NCBI GenBank assembly: GCA_021153285.1
Contig: JAGKTT010000010.1
Coordinates: 7,986 to 71,985, forward strand
Direction of reading: 5' to 3'
DNA length: 64,000 bases
From: Bacteroidia bacterium
Lineage (GTDB): Bacteria > Bacteroidota > Bacteroidia > Bacteroidales > UBA932
Part shown: one piece after another, positions 28,476-37,846 of the stretch
Numbering within the stretch: position 1 is the first letter of the stretch
Layout of the letters: each line of letters starts with the position of its first letter
Notes under the pieces: model-generated
Databases searched by the model: none
What the model was told of the DNA's origin: nothing
Seen by the model: only the letters and a program-made list of their open reading frames with translations
Translations under genes and position numbers: made by a program

Positions 28476-31400
28476 TTAGAAGTTAACGTTCAGACGGAGT
28501 GAGAAGGTGCGTGGTCTTGGCCAGAAAGAGTTGTTGATACCTGAAGTATTGTTTGTCTCAGGATCCACACCCTTGAATCCGGTAAGTACGAATACGTTCT
28601 GGCAAGAAGCTGCAACGCGGATGTTTCCGCCCCATGAACCGATCTCCTTGAATGTATATCCGAGGTTGATGTCGTCCATACGGAAGAATGATGCATCCTC
28701 GATGAAGAGGTCAGTCATGTACTGGTAAGTATCGTTCACAGCGGTGAAGCCTGTCTGCTTTACTACCTGAGCGAAGTTAGGGAGATGACCCTGGTTTGCA
28801 TCGAAGTAAGTGGTAGAGTTCATTGCTCCGAATGCGTTATATACTGTATAACCCACATTTCCGTGACCATTGAATCCGAAGTCCCAGTTCTTGTATGAGA
28901 GTTTCACATTGAGACCATAGTAGAAGTCAGGGTTAGGATCGCCGGCACAGTAACGGTCTGCATCATTGATAGATCCGTCACCATTGCGGTCTACAAATGC
29001 ATTCTGGATAGGCATACCCTCTGCATCATAGAGCTGCTGATATACATAGTAGCTGTATGGAGCGTTGCCCACCTGATGACGTCCGAGTACACGACCTGTT
29101 CCAGGGAGTGAAGATGCGTCCATATAGAAGTCAGCGTCGTCAGTAGCATTCAGCTTAGTGAACTTGGTGTTCTGGAATGTTCCGTTAACGCCGATAGAGA
29201 GATGCCAGTCATTGGTCTGGACAGGAATGAAGTTCACAGCGAACTCAACACCCTTGTTCTGCATAGAACCGATATTGGTAAGGATTGTGTTACCGAAGTT
29301 CGATCCCATCGGAGTCTGTACAGAGTTGAGGAGGTCGTTGGTGTTACGCAGGTAAGCGTCGATGTTACCTGTGATGCGGTCACCGAGGAATCCGAAGTCA
29401 ACTCCGACATTGTAAGTGGTTGTAGTCTCCCACTTGATACCTGGGTCATAAGCGGCTGGAGTATACACGAACTGATAGTTCTGCTCGCCGTTGATCATTC
29501 CCATAGGATATCTGTGATATGAGTCGGTAGAGAGGCTGTAACGTGCAAGGTGTGCATATTCAGCGATACCGTCCTGCTGACCGGTCACACCGGCAGAGAG
29601 ACGGAACTTCAACTGAGAAACCGCCTTGACTCCCTTAAGGAAGCCCTCCTCCTTGATGTTCCATGCGAATGCTCCTGAAGGGAAGATACCCCAACGGTTT
29701 GCAGGCGCAAAGCGTGATGAACCGTCTGTACGGAGAGATGCAGTAAAGAGATACTTTGAAGCGATGGAGTAGTTTACACGGCCGTAGAATGACACGAGGT
29801 AGCTCTCCCACTTCCACCATGGATAACCGCTTTCAAGAGGCTTGAGTTCGTCTGTCACATTGAAGTATGACTTGCTGTTCGACATACCGAAGAAGTGCTG
29901 CCAAGAGTAACCGGCCATTACATCGAGATTGTGGATTCCCCAAGTCTCGTTATAGTTTGCATAAGCCTCAAGAGCAGAACTCTTGCGCTGTTCATAACCC
30001 TTTGAATACTGTCCAACGCCTGGGTTTTCGCTATCACCCCAAGCCTGGAATGAACCAGGGTTGACACCTGACATAGAGTTCGACTCAGACCAGTCGATAG
30101 AAGCATTTACATTGAACTTGAGGGCCTCAAGGCCATGCACCTTGTACTCAAGACCTGCGCTACCGATGAAACGGCCTGTCTTTGCATTGCTCCAATTGTC
30201 ATAAAGGAGTGACATAGGGCCCACACCAAGCACTGAATTACCGGCGAACACACCATTTTCCTCATTGTAAGAACCATAGTTGAAGTAACCGTTACATATG
30301 TCTTTGTTTACGGTACCGTCAGCATTTCTGAAGTATGGGTCCTGGGTAGGGTTATAGAAAGCCGCATTACCGACAACGCCACCGTCAGTATAATTTGAAT
30401 AAGAATACACACCCTTTGCATTGAGGTTGAGGGTGAGGTGCTTGTCAAGGAAATTAGGGTTCAGGCTGAGGTCTGCAGTTCCCCTGTCATATGTAGAACC
30501 TATAAGCGTACCTGCCTGGTCTGTATAGCCGATGGAAGCACGGTAAGGCATGCGGTCCTTTACGTTTCCGTTCACGCTCACGCTATGATCATGGCTGATT
30601 GCAGTCTTGAACACGAGATCCTGATAGTCTACATCCTTCTCACCGAGACGCTTCTGGACCACTGCATAGTGAAGAGGATAAGCCTCCTGGGTAAATGTCT
30701 CTGTAACGAACTCGCGGAATTCAGCAGGTCTCATCACCGGAAGCCTCTTCGAGTTCTGCTGAACACTCATACTGCCGCTGTAAGACACCTGAGGCTTGTT
30801 ACCCTTACCCTTCTTGGTGGTGATGAGGATGACACCGTTGGATGCACGCGAACCGTAGATTGCAGCTGAAGAAGCATCCTTGAGGATAGTGAACGACTCG
30901 ATGTCGTTAGGATTGATCATATCGAGAGGATTGGCCATACCCTTACCTGCATCACTTGCGATAGGAACTCCGTCGATGATGATGAGAGGATCGTTGGATG
31001 CGTTGAGGGAAGCGGCACCACGGATACGGATTGTAGATCCTGAACCCGGGCCACCGTCACCAGGAGTGATGAGAAGTCCCGGAACCTTACCCTTGAGCAT
31101 GTCCTGGGTATTTACCATAGCACCGCGGTTGAGCTCCTCGCTCTTGATTGCAGTGATGGAACCTGTCATGTCTTCCTTCTTCACTGTACCGTAACCGATT
31201 ACGACTACCTCATCGAGGAAAGTTGTATCCTCAGAGAGTGTCACGGTCTTAGGAAGCTGAGAAGCCACGAAAGTCTGTGTTGCATAGCCGATGCAGCTTA
31301 CTTCCACAACAGCATTTGCACTAGAAACAGTAAGGACGTAGTCGCCGTCGAGACCGGTCGAAGTACCGTTGGAGGTACCCTGCTCGATGACTGTAGCACC

Positions 31401-31523
31401 GATTACAGGACCGATAGCGTCAACAACCACTCCCTTCACTTCGTATCCGCCCTGGGCGAATACAGACACACCCATAATGCAAGAAAGCACGAAGGATGCG
31501 CATAGTGTCTTGATTCTATTCAT
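28476..31523 (-). CDS. susC: SusC/RagA family TonB-dependent transporter (first copy)
   Basis: LDEVVVIGYG, NPNDIESFTILKDASSAAIYGSRASNGVILITTKKG, C-terminal RLNVNF. Confidence 0.95.
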   Translation of the reverse strand: MNRIKTLCASFVLSCIMGVSVFAQGGYEVKGVVVDAIGPVIGATVIEQGTSNGTSTGLDGDYVLTVSSANAVVEVSCIGYATQTFVASQLPKTVTLSEDTTFLDEVVVIGYGTVKKEDMTGSITAIKSEELNRGAMVNTQDMLKGKVPGLLITPGDGGPGSGSTIRIRGAASLNASNDPLIIIDGVPIASDAGKGMANPLDMINPNDIESFTILKDASSAAIYGSRASNGVILITTKKGKGNKPQVSYSGSMSVQQNSKRLPVMRPAEFREFVTETFTQEAYPLHYAVVQKRLGEKDVDYQDLVFKTAISHDHSVSVNGNVKDRMPYRASIGYTDQAGTLIGSTYDRGTADLSLNPNFLDKHLTLNLNAKGVYSYSNYTDGGVVGNAAFYNPTQDPYFRNADGTVNKDICNGYFNYGSYNEENGVFAGNSVLGVGPMSLLYDNWSNAKTGRFIGSAGLEYKVHGLEALKFNVNASIDWSESNSMSGVNPGSFQAWGDSENPGVGQYSKGYEQRKSSALEAYANYNETWGIHNLDVMAGYSWQHFFGMSNSKSYFNVTDELKPLESGYPWWKWESYLVSFYGRVNYSIASKYLFTASLRTDGSSRFAPANRWGIFPSGAFAWNIKEEGFLKGVKAVSQLKFRLSAGVTGQQDGIAEYAHLARYSLSTDSYHRYPMGMINGEQNYQFVYTPAAYDPGIKWETTTTYNVGVDFGFLGDRITGNIDAYLRNTNDLLNSVQTPMGSNFGNTILTNIGSMQNKGVEFAVNFIPVQTNDWHLSIGVNGTFQNTKFTKLNATDDADFYMDASSLPGTGRVLGRHQVGNAPYSYYVYQQLYDAEGMPIQNAFVDRNGDGSINDADRYCAGDPNPDFYYGLNVKLSYKNWDFGFNGHGNVGYTVYNAFGAMNSTTYFDANQGHLPNFAQVVKQTGFTAVNDTYQYMTDLFIEDASFFRMDDINLGYTFKEIGSWGGNIRVAASCQNVFVLTGFKGVDPETNNTSGINNSFWPRPRTFSLRLNVNF

Positions 31524-31584
31524 AAAGAATTTTGTTTGGTTAGTAGATTGTTTTTATTTATTGATAGTCAATAATTTGTCCATA

Positions 31585-32901
31585 TTATGCCTTTGTCCTG
31601 ATACCGGCCACGGCAACCGATCCGAGAAGAAGGCAGACACCTGATACGACAAGCATCATCACCTGTGTACCACCGACAAGTCCCATTATCACACCACCAA
31701 GGAGAGCTGCAACGATCTGCGGAAGACAGATTGTACAGTTGAAAAGTCCCAGGTATGCTCCCATTGAAGAAGAGCCTGAAAGTGCATTGGTAAGGAGTGC
31801 GAAAGGCATTGCAAGCATTGCAGCCCAAGCACAACCGATAAGAAGGAACGGCACAAACATCATATACTGGTCGTGCACGAAGAAGCAGAGTACGAATCCG
31901 ATCGCTCCGATGATGAGGCTGACCGAATATCCTACCTTAACTCGCTTGAACATAGGAAGGACCATTGCCCAAAGGATGGATCCTATAGACTGGACAGCGA
32001 AAAGAACTCCGCACCAGTCACCGGCAGCCTGATACTCCGGAGTAGCGGTAGAGCTCTTGAGAGCTGTATCCACTCCCCATACATTCTCAGCTATACCTCC
32101 TGTGGTGTAGTTCCACATATAGAGGAATGCGAACCAGCAGAAGAACTGTACGAGACCGATCTGCCAGAATGCCTTAGGAGCATTTGCAAGAAGTTTCAAA
32201 AGGCCGACCTTCTGCTGATTGTCAGCAGGCTGGATGTTATTGTACTTGGCATATTCCTGCGGCGGCATCTCCTTGACTGTGAATCCGGTGTAGAGCACGC
32301 AGAGGATAAGGATGGCTGCACCTACATAGAACGAGTAGATTACAGAATCCGGAATAACACCCTCAGGTGCGATGTTGGAAACACCGATCCAGGTGAAGAA
32401 GTAAGGGAAAAGGAAGCCGACAAGTGATCCGGCGTTGCAGAGGAGGCTCTGGATCGAATAAGCCTTTGCCTTCTGCTGTTCGTTCACAATGTCGCCGACC
32501 ATCATCTTGAACGGCTGCATAGCCATATTGATCGAAGTGTCAAGAAGCATAAGCATCACACATCCGAAGGCCATTGCTGCCTTGAGGGTGAGGTTGAAGC
32601 TTCCGGCGTTAGGAAGGAGAGCCATCACGATGATCGCCACAAGCGCTCCGATGTAGAGATATGGCTTGCGACGGCCCCATTTGCACCAGGTCTTGTCGCT
32701 CCACGTACCGACAAGAGGCTGGACGATCATACCCATAAGGGGAGGAAGTACCCAGAAGAAACTGAGCGTGTGAGGGTCAGCGCCAAGAGTGGCGAATATA
32801 CGGCTGATATTAGCGCTCTGAAGCGAATAGGCGATCTGAACTCCGAAGAATCCGAAGCTGAGATTCACCATCTGACCAAGTGAAAGATTAGGTTTTTGCA
32901 T
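31585..32901 (-). CDS. MFS sugar permease (maltose/sucrose GPH, SLC45-like)
   Basis: About 12 TM segments; SFGFFGVQIAYSLQ, IVQPLVGTWSDKT..WGRRKPY, MGAYLGLFN..ICLPQI; first gene of the starch operon. Confidence 0.87.
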   Translation of the reverse strand: MQKPNLSLGQMVNLSFGFFGVQIAYSLQSANISRIFATLGADPHTLSFFWVLPPLMGMIVQPLVGTWSDKTWCKWGRRKPYLYIGALVAIIVMALLPNAGSFNLTLKAAMAFGCVMLMLLDTSINMAMQPFKMMVGDIVNEQQKAKAYSIQSLLCNAGSLVGFLFPYFFTWIGVSNIAPEGVIPDSVIYSFYVGAAILILCVLYTGFTVKEMPPQEYAKYNNIQPADNQQKVGLLKLLANAPKAFWQIGLVQFFCWFAFLYMWNYTTGGIAENVWGVDTALKSSTATPEYQAAGDWCGVLFAVQSIGSILWAMVLPMFKRVKVGYSVSLIIGAIGFVLCFFVHDQYMMFVPFLLIGCAWAAMLAMPFALLTNALSGSSSMGAYLGLFNCTICLPQIVAALLGGVIMGLVGGTQVMMLVVSGVCLLLGSVAVAGIRTKA

Positions 32902-32986
32902 TTTATCGCGTTTTTTGGTTATAATTTCACAGTGTTATAAAAGTTTGCTAAAATAATCATAATATATAACACGCGCGAAATCCCAT

Positions 32987-33039
32987 TGACGAACGGTCGG
33001 AAGTTTCTGACGAACTGTATGTTTTTCGGGACGAATAAA
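32987..33039 (-). promoter_or_regulatory. Three 21-bp-phased direct repeats, putative LytTR binding sites
   Basis: + strand TGACGAACGGT (32987), TGACGAACTGT (33008), GGACGAATAAA (33029); on the - strand the best reads ACCGTTCGTC. Confidence 0.7.
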
Positions 33040-33097
33040 CAGCTAAAATTGGATATTCGGGGCAAATTTCCTACCTTCGGAGCCGATTTGAAGTTAT

Positions 33098-34477
33098 ATG
33101 AGTCCGATAAAGAACACCAAGACATCCTGGGTCATCCATATTTTTGCACTTCTTCACGCAGCAGTAGCTCTCTGCTGCAGGCTGGCGGGCATTGAAGACG
33201 AACTGCTTCTGACCATCCTCACTATGACAATGGCACTGATAGTATGCCTCAAGCGGGGACTCAACATCGAGCTTACCGCGGCTACCATCATTGTCGTGAA
33301 TATCCTCGGATATTTCATAGGAAATCTGGGCGCAAGGATATTCCAGACCTTCATAACACAGGCTTTTGCAGTTCACGCGACATCCACCTTCATCACCACT
33401 GAGATACTCGGATGGAGCATCGTTACACTGACCGGTATATTCAACATAAGGAAGAACCAGAATCTTCCGGATACGTCTTATCTCTCGTGGCTGGTACTTG
33501 CAATGTCCGGAGTTTTCGTACTCCGTCTGAGCATCGTAGTATTGTTTTCAGGCAACCACTTCATTGAAGGCGACGTCTGGACAACCGCAGCAAAAGTATT
33601 TTCGAACTCCTTCTCCCTCATCACCCTTATCTGCCTGAATGTTCTGTACATACGTTATGCCAGACGCTTTTCCAGAAATTGGAGCAAGGGGGTCAAGATA
33701 TTGACATTCATCACTTTTATGCTCCTGGCGACCCTGCTTGAGAGCATACTTGCAGGTCTGGACCTTTCGTTCAGGATGAATGAGGTCTTCAACAAAGACT
33801 TCCCTATCCTTTACGCAACTTCCCTGCTTGCGCAGATTACCGTTTACTGCATTGTCTTTATGATAAATTATGCCCTCAGCGCAAAAAGTCAGATGCAGGA
33901 GGAAAGAGAAAAGGCCAATATGGCACAATATCGGTATGTGAAGCTTAAGCATCAGGTGAACCCGCATTTTCTCTTCAATTCGCTGAACATACTTGATTGT
34001 CTGATTTGCGAAGAAACACCGGAGAGAGCCAGTGCCTACACTCACAAGCTGGCCGGTATTTACCGTTATATGCTCAAAAGTGAGGATGAGATGATAGTGT
34101 CATTGAGAGACGAGCTGGTATTTGTAGGACTTTACGTGGATCTTCTGAAGGAGAGGTTCCCGGTCGGATTCGAAGTGGAGACCGATGTACCGGAAAGCCT
34201 GATGTCACGGATGGTGCTGCCTTGCTCGATCCAGCTGCTGATCGAAAACGCCACCAAGCACAATGCGGTAAGCGCCGATAATCCATTGAGAATAAATGTG
34301 GAAGCAGCAGGAGAGAGTATACGTGTAAGCAACAACATTGTCCCTAAGATGACAAAGAGCCCATCCACCGGACTGGGCCAGAAATATATCAGACAGATGT
34401 ATCTCGACCTTACAGGAAAACAGATCGAGATAACAGAAAATGAAGAGAAATATAGCGTAGAATTACCTTTAATATAA
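33098..34477 (+). CDS. LytS/YehU-family membrane sensor histidine kinase
   Basis: Multi-TM N-terminus; LKHQVNPHFLFNSLN H-box; QLLIENATKHN; STGLGQ. Confidence 0.92.
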   Translation: MSPIKNTKTSWVIHIFALLHAAVALCCRLAGIEDELLLTILTMTMALIVCLKRGLNIELTAATIIVVNILGYFIGNLGARIFQTFITQAFAVHATSTFITTEILGWSIVTLTGIFNIRKNQNLPDTSYLSWLVLAMSGVFVLRLSIVVLFSGNHFIEGDVWTTAAKVFSNSFSLITLICLNVLYIRYARRFSRNWSKGVKILTFITFMLLATLLESILAGLDLSFRMNEVFNKDFPILYATSLLAQITVYCIVFMINYALSAKSQMQEEREKANMAQYRYVKLKHQVNPHFLFNSLNILDCLICEETPERASAYTHKLAGIYRYMLKSEDEMIVSLRDELVFVGLYVDLLKERFPVGFEVETDVPESLMSRMVLPCSIQLLIENATKHNAVSADNPLRINVEAAGESIRVSNNIVPKMTKSPSTGLGQKYIRQMYLDLTGKQIEITENEEKYSVELPLI

Positions 34478-34483
34478 GAAGAT

Positions 34484-35242
34484 ATGAATGTCTTGATTGT
34501 TGAGGATGAGATAATGGCTCAAAAGAGCCTGATGCGCCTGCTGACACAGAATTTTCCTGATATGAAGATTGTCGGATGCACTTCGTCGATCAAAGGCACT
34601 GTAGCCTGGCTGAACGACCCGACGAACAGAGCAGATGTGATTTTTATGGATGTAGAACTCGCTGATGGTGAATGTTTTGAAATATTCCGTCAGACCGATG
34701 TCAAGGCAAAGGTCATAATGACGACAGCTTATGACAGCTATGCACTGAAGGCATTCGAAGCAGGAAGCATAGACTATATTCTGAAACCGGTGGACCCGTC
34801 TGCATTGAAGAGAGCTGTCGCTCGTGTAAGGATGAGCGGAGGCCTGCTGGATACCGAAGCCCTGCTGAAAGCCATCGGAGACGGATCAGGAACGAAAAAG
34901 GAATATAAGGAAAGGTATATCGTTAGATTCAATGACAGAATCATCCCCCTGCTCACCTCCAATGTAGCCTACATCTATTCGGAGGAGAAGAACAATTATC
35001 TTGTCACCTTCGACGAAGAACGCTATATCATTGATTCCTCTCTGGATGTAATAAGCGAAGAATTCAATCCTGCTGATTTCTTCCGTATTTCCCGAGGATG
35101 CATCGTATCGATGAAAGCCATCAAAAGCATCATCAAGCAGGTGGGAGGCCGACTGCGTATAGTGGCAGAGCCTGCATCATCCTTTGAAATGACAGTCAGC
35201 CGTTCACGAGTAGAGGATTTTCTCAAATGGCTGGAGAAATAA
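34484..35242 (+). CDS. LytTR-family response regulator
   Basis: Receiver VLIVEDE...FMDVEL...TTAYDSYALKAF...DYILKP; LytTR domain FFRISRGCIV...VSRSR. Confidence 0.94.
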   Translation: MNVLIVEDEIMAQKSLMRLLTQNFPDMKIVGCTSSIKGTVAWLNDPTNRADVIFMDVELADGECFEIFRQTDVKAKVIMTTAYDSYALKAFEAGSIDYILKPVDPSALKRAVARVRMSGGLLDTEALLKAIGDGSGTKKEYKERYIVRFNDRIIPLLTSNVAYIYSEEKNNYLVTFDEERYIIDSSLDVISEEFNPADFFRISRGCIVSMKAIKSIIKQVGGRLRIVAEPASSFEMTVSRSRVEDFLKWLEK

Positions 35243-35256
35243 GTCTTTTAAAATAG

Positions 35257-35363
35257 AAAAAATCCGACCGACGGAATATGTAGGTGACATGCCACCCCCG
35301 GCTAGGGGGTGCCTCCCAAAAGGGAGGCGGGGGTCACCGGAATATCCGTCGGTCGGATTTTTT
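35257..35363. repeat. Nested inverted-repeat element that probably also acts as a bidirectional terminator
   Basis: Perfect 19-bp IR AAAAAATCCGACCGACGGA / TCCGTCGGTCGGATTTTTT enclosing GGTGAC..GTCACC and two 7-bp hairpins. Confidence 0.8.
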
Positions 35364-35378
35364 ATGTTACAGCAGTTC

Positions 35379-37781
35379 CTATCTACGGCCGCTCACGGCA
35401 ATCATTTCGGAAAGGGTCTTATTGAACTCATCAGCCTCAGCAAGCTGCTCGAGAGTCAGGTGCATACGGTAACGCCAGTAGTGACGTGAATTTGCAGGCA
35501 CATTGATGCGCTCGGTATTCGGGTCCTCACGACGGAGCTGCGGATCCATTGAGAGCCAGTCCTGAAGAGGAAGGATTGTCAGCATAGCAGGAGACCATAC
35601 GTGCTGCTCTAGAATCTGACGGCATATCCAAGGCTCGCAGAAGAAAGGTGCTTCACCCTGATTGCCCAGGATCATATGCCAGAAATCATTTGTCACTTCA
35701 CGATCCTCTTCCCACCACGCACGGATAGGGTTCATATCGTGTGTAGAAGTCGTACATACTGACAGATATGGATAATTTCCAGGATGTGCGAATGTCTCTT
35801 CCACTGACTTAGGCATACGCTGTATCTCGAGAGAAAGGATTCTGAGATCATCCATTACCTGAGGCACTGTAGCTGGAATCATACCGAGGTCCTCACCGCA
35901 GGCGAGCATTCCGGTCGAGTCGAGAAGTGCAGGAAGCTTCTGCATTGCCTTGTCCTTCCAGAACTCATTGTTGCGACGGTAGAAGAAGTCATCATAAAGG
36001 CGGTCATATGCTCCACGGCGGTATGCGTCAAGCACATAGTACGAATGTGTCTGCTTTGCACCGATCTTAGGATGATAATGTCCCTCCTGACGAGGATCCT
36101 GAAGGAAGAGATCGAAGTCGTTCACGTCGAATCCCTGAGCCTGAAGCTCGTGTGCAGGATACGGAAGTGCAGGATTGAAATATCCGTTCAAGCCGCTCTT
36201 TGTCCATAGAGGAATCTCCCAGATACGGAAGAATCCGAGGATATGGTCGATACGGAAGGCATCGAAGTATTCCGACATCTTTGCAAGACGAGACTTCCAC
36301 CAAGCGAAATCATCCTCAGCCATCTTCTCCCAGTTATATGTAGGGAAGCCCCAGTTCTGACCGTCTGCTGAGAATGCATCAGGTGGTGCTCCAGCCTGAG
36401 AATCCATATGGAAGAGTTCAGGATAAAGCCAGGCATCCACGCTGGTACGGCTGATACCGATAGGAAGGTCACCCTTGAACACGACACCCTTTGAATGAGC
36501 ATAGGCGCACACCTCAGAGAGCTGAGCATCAAGATGATACTGAACAAAGCACCAGAAATCGATTTCCTCCTTGTGTTCCTCGCAGAAAGCCGCCACCTTC
36601 TTCTTATTGTACTTTGCATATCCCTTCCACTGAGTGAAATCAGGAGTATGGTTAAGGTCGCGCAGAACACAGAATGCCGCATAAGGAAGAAGCCAATGAG
36701 CATTATTGCCCACAAAAGACTTATATGCTTTTGTCGCTGAAAGCTTCTTGAAAGTCTTCGCAAAAGCCTTCTTAAGAAGGAGAAGTTTCTCAGCATTCAC
36801 ACGCTCGTAATCGATCTGGTCGAGAGCATTGAGCTCAGCCTGTGCAGCCTTGTATTCCTCGTCTACAGGAACTCCCACTGCAGGAAGATTCAGGAACTGT
36901 GGGTGAAGAGCGAAGGTCGAGTTAGGATTGTAAGGATACGAATCCTCCCAAGTATGGAGCATTGTAGTGTCATTGATCGGAAGAAGCTGGAGGAAGCTCT
37001 GACCTGTAGAAGCCGCCCAATCTACCATTTTCTTAAGATCATAGAACTCACCTACACCGAAATCGTCAGCGCTGCGGAGAGCGAATACCGGAATAGCAGT
37101 ACCCGCACCCTTCCAGTTACGGCCGCTGAAGCGGACCTGGAAATCGGCTTTCACCACGAAAGCTCCTTCTGCCGGAATTTCTGTGAACCATCTGTTATCG
37201 CTATCCTCCCAAGCTACAGGAGCCAATGTATCCTTATCTGCCACAAGAAGCTTATATTCAAACGCATCCGTAACATTGAGCGCAAGTGTCCATATAGGGA
37301 AATTGACAGCCTCGAAAGGAACAATCTTAGTCCAGTTCTTGAATGCCTTGCCACTTCCGGTGATTGCAAGCACTTCATTAGGACGAAGTGCAGGAGCCGC
37401 TACCTGAAGAAGGACATTGGCACCCTTCGGAGCTTTCTTCGCCTTTTCAGCCTTACGGCCGAAGATTGCGTTCGTAAATGCTGATGAATAGAAAGGAGAA
37501 TCGTATGGACGGTCAATCCACCTGTCCACGATTGTGAGTTCGTCCGGTTCGACGCCTGCAGGAAGAGCAAGGATGTGCTTCTTCCATTCCTTACGGACTG
37601 TAATGCCGTCACGCACCACCTCGTAGCTGTACTCTGAAACCTTCTCCGGAGCAAAACGGGCAATCTCACCCTGCCAGAGTCCGTCAGCCACATATGCGAG
37701 CGGATAGTTCTTGCCACCAAGACAAAGAACAAGTTCCTCGCCCCAGGCAGTCCTGTATTCGATGCTGATGTGTAATGTCAT
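35379..37781 (-). CDS. malQ: 4-alpha-glucanotransferase (GH77 amylomaltase, DPE2-like, with N-terminal CBM20-like domains)
   Basis: LQLLPINDT, KGDLPIG, GAPPDAFSADGQNWGFP, RIDHILGFFRIW, GEDLG, STHDM, INVPA...WRYR; no signal peptide. Confidence 0.93.
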   Translation of the reverse strand: MTLHISIEYRTAWGEELVLCLGGKNYPLAYVADGLWQGEIARFAPEKVSEYSYEVVRDGITVRKEWKKHILALPAGVEPDELTIVDRWIDRPYDSPFYSSAFTNAIFGRKAEKAKKAPKGANVLLQVAAPALRPNEVLAITGSGKAFKNWTKIVPFEAVNFPIWTLALNVTDAFEYKLLVADKDTLAPVAWEDSDNRWFTEIPAEGAFVVKADFQVRFSGRNWKGAGTAIPVFALRSADDFGVGEFYDLKKMVDWAASTGQSFLQLLPINDTTMLHTWEDSYPYNPNSTFALHPQFLNLPAVGVPVDEEYKAAQAELNALDQIDYERVNAEKLLLLKKAFAKTFKKLSATKAYKSFVGNNAHWLLPYAAFCVLRDLNHTPDFTQWKGYAKYNKKKVAAFCEEHKEEIDFWCFVQYHLDAQLSEVCAYAHSKGVVFKGDLPIGISRTSVDAWLYPELFHMDSQAGAPPDAFSADGQNWGFPTYNWEKMAEDDFAWWKSRLAKMSEYFDAFRIDHILGFFRIWEIPLWTKSGLNGYFNPALPYPAHELQAQGFDVNDFDLFLQDPRQEGHYHPKIGAKQTHSYYVLDAYRRGAYDRLYDDFFYRRNNEFWKDKAMQKLPALLDSTGMLACGEDLGMIPATVPQVMDDLRILSLEIQRMPKSVEETFAHPGNYPYLSVCTTSTHDMNPIRAWWEEDREVTNDFWHMILGNQGEAPFFCEPWICRQILEQHVWSPAMLTILPLQDWLSMDPQLRREDPNTERINVPANSRHYWRYRMHLTLEQLAEADEFNKTLSEMIAVSGRR

Positions 37782-37846
37782 AATTATTTGTTTAGTTATC
37801 AGTTGATTATTTTATGTCATCCAATTGCCGGGAACATTTTCCCTTC

